From Limisphaerales bacterium (GTDB taxonomy: Bacteria; Verrucomicrobiota; Verrucomicrobiia; Limisphaerales; SIBE01), in contig JBGAIN010000088.1 of the NCBI GenBank assembly GCA_044225505.1, positions 1 through 33,194 of the forward strand: a DNA stretch of 33,194 nt, read 5' to 3'. The position numbers and the translations under genes were made by a program. Of the stretch, positions 1 to 6,630 are shown in pieces. How positions within the stretch are numbered: position 1 is the first letter of the stretch; each line of letters begins with the position of its first letter. Below the pieces are notes generated by a model. It was not told the origin of the DNA. It did no database searches and saw only the letters and a list, made by a program, of their open reading frames with translations.

Positions 1-859
1 AAGAGATCGCAACTTCGATCGTCAGATCCGGAGCGGGAGGGCATTTGCCGAGGGCGTTCTGTTGCCCGCCCAGCGCATTCACATGCTCAATGATGGCATT
101 TCCAGCGTTCCGAATGGGAGAAGTCCAGGCTCGCACGATGTCTGCCGTATCTCGAATTTTGAGATACCAGTGCTGGAAGCGGTGCTTCTGTCCTGCCGTG
201 AGAAAGGCACCGTCTTGAAGCCAGGTCATGTTCCAATGTCCCTGAGCAGACCACCTGTAGGGGAGCGGGAAACGTCCCTGGCGAATAGGGTTCCAATGAT
301 GCACGATTCCCCCACGAACGGCTCCTTGTGCGCCACCGATTGCCTTTCGGAAACCCTTTCGCGCATTTCCTTCGAGCAGATAACGCCCCGCCTCGCCACT
401 ATACTGAATGGCACGCCGACGGAGAGCACCACCCCCGAGAGTTACCGTCGTTTCCACAACAAATTCGGTCGTTTCCCCCACATAATAAAGGCCACTGGAA
501 TAGTCCACCGCGTCAATGGCAAGCTTACCCCGCAGCCAAGAGGTGATGCCCATGGTCAGGGAATCTGCAACACCGGCGGAAGCGTCCGCTGCCGGTTCAA
601 GCCAAGTCCAATCAGTAATGTCGCGACCATAGGCGTCGACGTAGCGAATTGGATTATTGTCGCAGAAGCCATACAGGTTCAGCCCTCCCTTCTCTCCGAT
701 CGGGTCCCTGGAAAGCCACCTTCCAGTGGAGGGGTTGTAATAACGGTGGCCTGTTACGACAGCGCAAAAACCCGGGTACAGCGGTTTTTGGCTCGCACGG
801 CAACGGCGGATCGAACTGCCGATGGGCAGACAGCGCTGCGAGGAAAGTCGCGTCTTGAT
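1..859 (-). CDS. Rhs-associated core + C-terminal toxin cassette A (HNH-like nuclease tip), runs off the window start; start codon uncertain (ATC at 859 or in-frame TTG at 865)
   Basis: Not in the ORF track. My manual minus-strand translation is open from 859 to base 2: IKTRLSSQRCLPIGSSIRRCRASQKPLYPGFCAVVT-GHRYYNPSTGRWLSRDPIGEKGGLNLYGFCDNNPIRYVDAYGR (Rhs core with DxxG cleavage motif), then ...IVHHWNPI...QGHWNMTWL...QKHRFQH (HH..N..H..H pattern). Confidence 0.85.
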   Translation of the reverse strand, partial: MKTRLSSQRCLPIGSSIRRCRASQKPLYPGFCAVVTGHRYYNPSTGRWLSRDPIGEKGGLNLYGFCDNNPIRYVDAYGRDITDWTWLEPAADASAGVADSLTMGITSWLRGKLAIDAVDYSSGLYYVGETTEFVVETTVTLGGGALRRRAIQYSGEAGRYLLEGNARKGFRKAIGGAQGAVRGGIVHHWNPIRQGRFPLPYRWSAQGHWNMTWLQDGAFLTAGQKHRFQHWYLKIRDTADIVRAWTSPIRNAGNAIIEHVNALGGQQNALGKCPPAPDLTIEVAIS

Positions 860-1037
860 GGCCAAGAGCCTAGTTCGCGGAGCGGCGGCGAAAAGAATAA
901 TCGCTGGTCATCGCAGTTGATCTCTTCTCCGATACAGCGCGTTTTGACCTCTGAGAATCGAGCGCAAGGTCGAATCTTAACGCTAACGAAATCATAGCCC
1001 TCTGAGCAGCAGTTACTTGTCATAGTGACACCAGAAC

Positions 1038-1622
1038 TCAAGGGACACCGGCTCGGCGGGCTTGCCACTGCTCAGCGTTCTTCAAGGCCTTCCGCAAAAC
1101 ATCTCTATCCACATTCCATCGCTCGTCCTGGTTAATCCAACTTAACCATTTTCGAACTACCGCCCACTGTTGTTCCGTGAACAGCTTCCAGCGCTCCTGC
1201 CTCCAAGAGACGAGATCTTTCTCATCGATGGAATCAATGGCCTGCGCGATTTCAGGGTTTTCCGTCAAGAGGGCCGATTCCGCGTTCTTCAACGATTCAG
1301 GCCAATGGATTCCACCATCGGCCAACATGTTGATCAGCGTGTCCACAAAGAGGCTGGTTTTCTCAACATCGGCTTGTGACTGTTTAATGAAGGCCGGGAA
1401 AAAATAGTGAAACGCTCGAGGGTTTAACCAAGAGGCCATGTCGAATGATTCTTGCAGCAAATCTACCCGAATAGCCTCCCACCTTTCACCCACTAACTTT
1501 TCAGCGTCGATGCGATCAAAATCATATTCAGGTGGCGATTCCCCCTCCGTCGTGCGCACCAAATCCTTGGGGTATTCGCGTTGAAAAGCTTGATGCAGTT
1601 CTTCGTCCGAAATCGCGGTCAT
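1038..1622 (-). CDS. Putative cytoplasmic immunity protein for cassette B (DUF6714-like)
   Basis: 194 aa, starts 16 bp after the cassette B stop with a GAGG RBS; no signal peptide; 'GERWEAI...WLNPRAFHYFFPAFI' resembles DUF6714 (recalled, not searched). Confidence 0.7.
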   Translation of the reverse strand: MTAISDEELHQAFQREYPKDLVRTTEGESPPEYDFDRIDAEKLVGERWEAIRVDLLQESFDMASWLNPRAFHYFFPAFIKQSQADVEKTSLFVDTLINMLADGGIHWPESLKNAESALLTENPEIAQAIDSIDEKDLVSWRQERWKLFTEQQWAVVRKWLSWINQDERWNVDRDVLRKALKNAEQWQARRAGVP

Positions 1623-1637
1623 CTCGGCATCCTCCTC

Positions 1638-2288
1638 TCACAGTGGACCTGTGCAGCCATTCTTCACTTGATACGTGGTGCAATCCCCGATGACCTGCCA
1701 GACTTGCGCGAGTGCTTGCTGGTGACCAGGATCACCTCCAGAAAAGCATTGTTTATGCAATCTGCTGCGTGCTAGCGCAACTGCCAGCCACGCTGCTGAT
1801 TTTCCCTTGAGAATTCCGCAAGTGTCATTGCTGTTACATTTCCCCAGAGCATTCGCGCCTCTCTTTGCGACCTGAACAGCAACGGCTAGAGCGCAGCACT
1901 CTTTGCTCGCACCAAGAGTGTCCAATAAATCACTCAAGCACGCCTGCTGCTGCGCTGGCGTAGGCAACCTCATGCAAGCCTCGACAGAAGCGTCAATACT
2001 TGAAACTGCAAGACCGAGGTAATCAGTCTGGTCGATAGGATTGTTCCCAACAAAAGCATAGAGGTTCGGTCCTCCACCGAGAGGATCTACCTTTCCGCCA
2101 CGCGACAACTCAAAACCTGGTTCACCCAACGGGTCTCTGGATAGCCACCGACCGGTGGAGGCGTTGTAATAACGGTGGCCTGTTATTGCAGCCGAAAAAT
2201 CCCGGTACAGTGATTTTCGATTCACACAAAGACGTTGGTGGCGGCGCGAACCGTCGGCAGTTCGCTGCGAGGATCGCCGCGTCTTCAT
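1638..2288 (-). CDS. Rhs-associated core + toxin cassette B (Ntox16-like predicted RNase)
   Basis: GHRYYNASTGRWLSRDP...NLYAFVGNNPIDQTDYLGL core; Cys-rich helical tip with 'ALARSRLHKQCFSGGDPGH' resembling the Ntox16 AR...CFxGGDxGH signature. Confidence 0.85.
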   Translation of the reverse strand: MKTRRSSQRTADGSRRHQRLCVNRKSLYRDFSAAITGHRYYNASTGRWLSRDPLGEPGFELSRGGKVDPLGGGPNLYAFVGNNPIDQTDYLGLAVSSIDASVEACMRLPTPAQQQACLSDLLDTLGASKECCALAVAVQVAKRGANALGKCNSNDTCGILKGKSAAWLAVALARSRLHKQCFSGGDPGHQQALAQVWQVIGDCTTYQVKNGCTGPL

Positions 2289-2608
2289 GGAGAAGAGCCT
2301 ATATCGCGGAGCGCCAGCGAAAAGAAGAATCGCTGGTCATCCCGGTTGATCCCTTCTGCGATGCAACCTCTTTTAAGCCCTGAAAATCGAGCGCAACGTC
2401 AAGTCGTAACGTTAACGAAATTGCAGGCGCTTTAGCAGTAGCTACTTGCCGTGGTAACACTAGAAAGCAGAATAGGAGTGTGTTCCCAAAGCTGCTGCGG
2501 GCCTAATTTACGCCTGAGCGCTTCGCAGAGAAAGCGCAAGCAATTGTAACGCCGGTTTTGAGGCGCCCGGAAGACTTGGGATGAAGTCCAGGCACGGCGC
2601 CAGACCTG

Positions 2609-3016
2609 CTAATCTGCGTGCAATCGGGCACTACCGTTAGCGTAAATATTTACCCAATGCCGGTTGCTATCGGAAGTAACCTCAAAGGCTATCGCCGCTG
2701 AGCCAAGCGTCGGGTTAATCGTCTCCCCTGGAAGAGCCAGTTTCCATTTCTGCAAGTCGATATTTGTCCCGATGATGCCTGGCTGAAGTTCCGCTAGAGT
2801 CTTTGGGAGGGTGAAGTTATTAGTGCTCGCATGCAGTAACAGTGCGGCGCCAATGAGCTCTCCTTCTAAGATCTTATTTACGGTGCGCCCATCAGGAGTT
2901 TGTCGCCATAGTTGATAGCTCTTTCTGTTCTGCTCGACGAGCCAAGCGAAGCACAATCCAGCCACTCCCACTCCACACGCGAATCCCAGTAAGCCGTTCA
3001 ATTTCCGTGAGATCAT
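2609..3016 (-). CDS. Putative membrane-anchored immunity protein for cassette C
   Basis: Likely start MISRKLNG at 3016 overlaps the toxin stop (ATGA, 3013-3016); N-terminal hydrophobic segment LLGFACGVGVAGLCFAWLV, then a soluble domain. Confidence 0.75.
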   Translation of the reverse strand: MISRKLNGLLGFACGVGVAGLCFAWLVEQNRKSYQLWRQTPDGRTVNKILEGELIGAALLLHASTNNFTLPKTLAELQPGIIGTNIDLQKWKLALPGETINPTLGSAAIAFEVTSDSNRHWVNIYANGSARLHAD

Positions 3017-3717
3017 TTGGCATTCCTCAACTCCGGTAAGGCCTGCAGGCACAGCTCTTCACACGTTTTTCCCTTTTTACAGGCGAGACTCCTCCCTCGT
3101 GCATTGGCGATGTTATCACCGGGAGAATCATTTGGGTCATAGAAACCCATGAAATGCTCCTTATACCAACTGCCGAACCAGGCTGCGAGTCGTCCCATAA
3201 AGCACTCACGGGTGATTCGACAGTTGGCGATACAGTGCGCGAGTCTGCACGAGCCATCGAGGTATTTTTCCTTCGCCTCCGTTGTGCAATACTTATCCTC
3301 AACTTCATCGAAAATCGCCCAGGCGCAGCCCTCCGTTGTGATACTAGGATCAATCGACAAATCAGGAGGCAATCCCATTCCATCAAGACCCAGAAAATCG
3401 AAGCGATTCATAGGGTCATTACGAAGGAACCCGTAGAGATTTAGCTCGTCGGAACGATGCTCGGAATTATCTTTGGCGGCACGCGCCTTGGAGCAAGTAT
3501 CCCTAACACTGCTCAGATTCTTCGGGTGGCAAAGATCAAAACCGAGTTCATTCTTCGGATCTCTGGAGAGCCACCGTCCGGTGGAGGGGTTGTAATAACG
3601 GTGGCCAGATACTACACCGCAAAAACCCGGGTACAAGGGTTTTTTGCTCGCGCGGCGACCCCGACGGCGAGGGCTTCCGATTGGCGGACAACGCCGCTTT
3701 GACGACAGCAGCCTCAC
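3013..3717 (-). CDS. Rhs-associated core + toxin cassette C (serum amyloid A-like tip)
   Basis: GTG start; GHRYYNPSTGRWLSRDP...NLYGFLRNDPMNRFDFLGL core; tip LAHCIANC...AAWFGSWYKE...DSPGDNIANARGRS. Confidence 0.85.
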   Translation of the reverse strand: MRLLSSKRRCPPIGSPRRRGRRASKKPLYPGFCGVVSGHRYYNPSTGRWLSRDPKNELGFDLCHPKNLSSVRDTCSKARAAKDNSEHRSDELNLYGFLRNDPMNRFDFLGLDGMGLPPDLSIDPSITTEGCAWAIFDEVEDKYCTTEAKEKYLDGSCRLAHCIANCRITRECFMGRLAAWFGSWYKEHFMGFYDPNDSPGDNIANARGRSLACKKGKTCEELCLQALPELRNAK

Positions 3718-3794
3718 GGTTCCAAATCCGACGCCGATCAGCGTCAGCTAGAAGGAGAATAAGCCTTCTCCCGCTTCCTGCGGTGGCGCGTGGG

Positions 3795-3965
3795 TTATTC
3801 GGCGCGGACGACTCTCGAAAGCAGGAATCCTAGAGCCATCATTAACCCGCCTATAGGAGTCATCCAATCCAGAATCAGTCCGTAGTGCTGTAATGCCTTA
3901 CCCACGAGGAGGCCAAGACCGATGCCGCTTACACAGCCAAAAACAAACGTCTTTCTTGCGATCAT
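3795..3965 (-). CDS. Small two-TM putative immunity protein for cassette D (56 aa)
   Basis: Below the ORF-track cutoff. Manual translation MIARKTFVFGCVSGIGLGLLVGKALQHYGLILDWMTPIGGLMMALGFLLSRVVRAE*; GGAGG RBS just upstream; starts 22 bp after the cassette D stop. Confidence 0.75.
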   Translation of the reverse strand: MIARKTFVFGCVSGIGLGLLVGKALQHYGLILDWMTPIGGLMMALGFLLSRVVRAE

Positions 3966-3986
3966 TGTCCTCCAGTCGATTCAATT

Positions 3987-4562
3987 TCATTCTATGGGCT
4001 TGTCCGTCCACGGGCTGATCAAGATGCCATTACGAAAACACCCTTCCTCGCGGCAGCCAGCCCATGCCACTAACCAGTTGCCTGCTAACCCTAATCCGAC
4101 ACCGATTCCGATGACCGGGACTTTGATCCCGATGAGGGTTGCCGCGCCTCCAACGATAGCTCCGACGCCGGTATCAATTGAAATGTCGTTTGCGCATTTA
4201 CAGGCGCTTGAATAGCCGCCAGCCTTCCAAAGGGGGATCCATTGTCCACCAACCTCCTGACATTTACCCGGCCAACTCCACGCCGCCAGCCCCAAAACAT
4301 CGACGCTACTGACGGGCCTATTGTCAACGAAAGCGTAGAGGTTGAGACTGGCAACTTTGTTCGTCGCCAGATCTCGATGCAAATTCACAAAACCCAAATC
4401 GGACAAGGGATCCCTGGAAAGCCACCGTCCGGTGGAGGGGTTGTAATAACGGTGGCCTGTTATTGCATCTGGAAAAATCCGGAACAGTGATTTTCGGCTC
4501 GCACGGTGACGCCGAGGGCCTCCTATGGGCGGGCAACGCTGCTTTGACCACAGCAGTTTCAC
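3987..4562 (-). CDS. Rhs-associated core + toxin cassette D (glycine-zipper, membrane-active-like tip)
   Basis: GTG start; GHRYYNPSTGRWLSRDP...NLYAFVDNRPVSSVDVLGL core; tip with GVGAIVGGAATLIG...GIGVGLGLAG hydrophobic Gly zipper. Confidence 0.85.
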   Translation of the reverse strand: MKLLWSKQRCPPIGGPRRHRASRKSLFRIFPDAITGHRYYNPSTGRWLSRDPLSDLGFVNLHRDLATNKVASLNLYAFVDNRPVSSVDVLGLAAWSWPGKCQEVGGQWIPLWKAGGYSSACKCANDISIDTGVGAIVGGAATLIGIKVPVIGIGVGLGLAGNWLVAWAGCREEGCFRNGILISPWTDKPIE

Positions 4563-4765
4563 GAAGGTTAAGCGTAATCAACTACAGCAGCAGTTAAAAG
4601 GAAAACCAACATATCTGAGCCTCGCTTGGGATGTTTCGAAGCGGAGGCGTCGCGGTTCTCGGAAGGGAGGTGGGCCGAGGAGCCGCCAGAGCCAGAGCGC
4701 AGAAAGCTCCCAAGGGAGCCCTCCGAGGGGCAGAGCCAAGTCTTGCCTGTTTCGCGCCTGCCGGG

Positions 4766-4785
4766 CCATAGCTTTGGCGAAGGCT
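4766..4785. repeat. REP-like short imperfect palindrome (gccatagctttggcgaaggc)
   Basis: Imperfect hairpin resembling a common dispersed intergenic repeat type (recalled); lies in the spacer between cassette D and the cassette E immunity gene. Confidence 0.45.
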
Positions 4786-4856
4786 GGGCGTAGTCTCATC
4801 GAGGGGAAGCGAAAGCCGGTAAGTCTTGGCTAGGACCATTTCCGAAATATCCGCCG

Positions 4857-5297
4857 TTACCGCATTTCCTGCTTCAGCCGCTGTAGGCGTGTCTCAAACG
4901 GTTCCTCCCTGTAGAGGGTTATCGCGTTCGACCAGCCATCACTCCCATTGAGCACTCCAATGAAAACACCAGAAGTAACCAGGCGACCGTCGATCCCTTT
5001 TAGGTGCGGATTCGATACCAGCTCGACCCGAACTGCGTTAGGACTTTGAACTTGCCACGACTGGATTCTCATTGTGCGAGGAGTTTCGAAAAATGGCGAC
5101 GAGTAGGCAAGTGTGCCACCATTGGACGAGCTAAGATGCAGGCGATAAAGATACAAATCGGCCTGCGCAAAACCAAACCATGCACCCGCAACATCGTTGC
5201 GTTGGTAGGGTTTGCCTTTTTCGACGATATATTCAGGGGATTTACACGAACAAAGGAGCAAAATGCCCCAGAACAGCAGTGCTGCTGGATGTTTCAT
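4857..5297 (-). CDS. Putative lipoprotein immunity protein for cassette E
   Basis: Signal peptide with lipobox-like MKHPAALLFWGILLLCSC; ATGA overlap with the toxin stop at 5294-5297. Confidence 0.8.
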   Translation of the reverse strand: MKHPAALLFWGILLLCSCKSPEYIVEKGKPYQRNDVAGAWFGFAQADLYLYRLHLSSSNGGTLAYSSPFFETPRTMRIQSWQVQSPNAVRVELVSNPHLKGIDGRLVTSGVFIGVLNGSDGWSNAITLYREEPFETRLQRLKQEMR

Positions 5298-6484
5298 TTC
5301 TTGTCCTTGTAAGACTCCTTACATCCGACGCATTTCTCGATCATCTGAATGTAAAAATTCGGATCTTTCTTCAGCCCAGCGCCGTGCAGAGTCTCGTGCA
5401 AAGCAAGACAATCCAGACTTGTGCCGCAACTTCCGGCAGTTCCTTTAAACGCCTCTGGGCACAAATGAACTATCCCTGATCCATTTTTAGCGAAATCCTC
5501 TCCTTGGGCAACAAACGCGCAAGTTCCAGAAACACACTCCTTGCTGCTTGCTTCCTCGCACACGAGCAGAATCGTGAAATCGTCCTTGCAGATCTTCTGG
5601 TAATTGTTCTTTGTTCGCAAATCGCAGTCCAGGCACTTGTTCTTTTGGGTAGCTTGGCACATCCTCTTTAGACCAGCAGCAAATTGATCCCTCTGTTCGT
5701 CGCTGCAAGTTGAGCCGATCACCCTTAACCCCAGCCGATCCACCTTGTCGACAGGGCTGTTTTTGACGAACGCGTACAAATTCAGCCCACCCTTCTCCCC
5801 GATCGGGTCTCTGGAGAGCCATCGTCCGGTGGAGGGGTTGTAATAACGGTGGCCGTAGTAAACCAAATCCGTCTCCGGATCAGAGCATTTGGTGGACCAG
5901 CGGATCGGGATGGCGGGGCTGATCGAGCTGGTGGCTCGGATCACTTCACCGAAGGGGCCGTATTCATGCTGCGCGGTTACCTGACCGCTCCCTCCACTGA
6001 CGTAGGCCACTACGTTCCCATTGCCGTCATAGGCCGGGAAATACATCGTCCCGCCTGCCAACACAGCTACGAGTCCTCCGACCCCACCCGCCCCCTGTAT
6101 CGAGCCGCTCAAGTCCGTTCCCCAGGAGTAGGCCCGAATGAGGGCATCGGCACCGTCAAACTCCGCCACTAAGTTCCAGCCATCCCAAACATACTTGGCT
6201 TGCCCCTGGAGCACATACGTCGACCCGTTATAGGTATAGGTTTTCTTGGAGACTCGACGCCCCTGGCTGTCGTATTCAAACTCCAGCCTTCGCTTGGCAC
6301 GGGTCGGCACCGCACTTTGGGATTGCACCGCCACAAGACGGTTCTCCGCGTCGCGTTTTGCGATAACGCTGACCCCAAACCGTCTTATGATCCCTCTCTC
6401 GCCGGGCCGCGTCGGTCCGGCAGTAGGACGGTTCATCGCGTGATAGGCCGCTTCCGGATATTCCAGATCCAGTTGCCTGGGCAT
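5294..6484 (-). CDS. 5'-truncated Rhs protein (last YD repeats + associated core + HExxH metalloprotease tip), cassette E; N-terminus appears transposase-derived
   Basis: DAENRL, EYDSQGRRVSK, WDGWNLVAE, GAGGVGGL, YDGNGNV, EYGPFGE, YYGHRYYNPSTGRWLSRDPIGEKGGLNLYAFVKNSPVDKVDRLGL, then Cys-rich tip with VHLCPEAF...LALHETLH. Confidence 0.9.
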   Translation of the reverse strand: MPRQLDLEYPEAAYHAMNRPTAGPTRPGERGIIRRFGVSVIAKRDAENRLVAVQSQSAVPTRAKRRLEFEYDSQGRRVSKKTYTYNGSTYVLQGQAKYVWDGWNLVAEFDGADALIRAYSWGTDLSGSIQGAGGVGGLVAVLAGGTMYFPAYDGNGNVVAYVSGGSGQVTAQHEYGPFGEVIRATSSISPAIPIRWSTKCSDPETDLVYYGHRYYNPSTGRWLSRDPIGEKGGLNLYAFVKNSPVDKVDRLGLRVIGSTCSDEQRDQFAAGLKRMCQATQKNKCLDCDLRTKNNYQKICKDDFTILLVCEEASSKECVSGTCAFVAQGEDFAKNGSGIVHLCPEAFKGTAGSCGTSLDCLALHETLHGAGLKKDPNFYIQMIEKCVGCKESYKDKK

Positions 6485-6540
6485 GACCTCCTCCCTACTG
6501 CCGCCAATACTTTATGTCAATCATGAGGACTAACACCCAC
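6428..6540 (-). mobile_element. Remnant of a REP-associated tyrosine (Y1/RAYT-like) transposase 5' end with promoter and RBS
   Basis: MPRQLDLEYPEAAYHAMNR resembles the recalled Y1_Tnp/RAYT N-terminus MPRxLRIEYPGAxYHVMNRG; upstream TTGACA (6520-6515)-N17-TAGGGA and GGAGG RBS. Confidence 0.6.
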
Positions 6541-6551
6541 GGTTTGCTTCC

Positions 6552-6630
6552 GTAGCCGACGAGGTGACGAGGCGGAACAGAAATCATGCTTTGAATTGAA
6601 GTCACTCCGCCTCGTGACCTCGTCGGCTAC
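6552..6630. repeat. REPIN-like inverted repeat (GTAG-type REP doublet)
   Basis: gtagccgacgaggtgacgaggcgga (6552-6576) and tccgcctcgtgacctcgtcggctac (6606-6630) are 24/25 reverse-complementary with a 29-nt spacer. Confidence 0.85.

Larger units (their letters stand above)
752..2466 (-). repeat. Diverged ~285-bp direct repeat (752-1037 vs 2181-2466): leader plus upstream region of cassettes A and B
   Basis: Colinear blocks such as aagagccta, tcgcggagcg, gcgaaaagaa(t/g)aatcgctggtcatc, aatcgagcgcaa, taacg(c/t)taacgaaat and tacttg. Confidence 0.9.
702..5854 (-). repeat. Five copies of a ~50-bp conserved Rhs core junction (702-751, 2131-2180, 3557-3606, 4408-4457, 5805-5854)
   Basis: The 18-mer gttgtaataacggtggcc is identical at 734, 2163, 3589, 4440 and 5837; the flanking ~30 bp are near-identical. 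Confidence 0.95.

Noticed and set aside
62..997. 311-aa plus-strand ORF
   Set aside because: Antisense shadow of Rhs cassette A, whose minus-strand frame has clear Rhs core motifs.
4525..4839. Short ORFs in the spacer between cassette D and the cassette E immunity gene
   Set aside because: No convincing RBS or domain; partly translations of a REP-like palindrome (LRQSYG).
734..5854. Regularly recurring 18-50 bp repeat as a CRISPR array or integron attC series
   Set aside because: Spacing is 0.85-1.43 kb, the repeat is protein-coding (GHRYYN) and non-palindromic, and no cas or intI gene is present.
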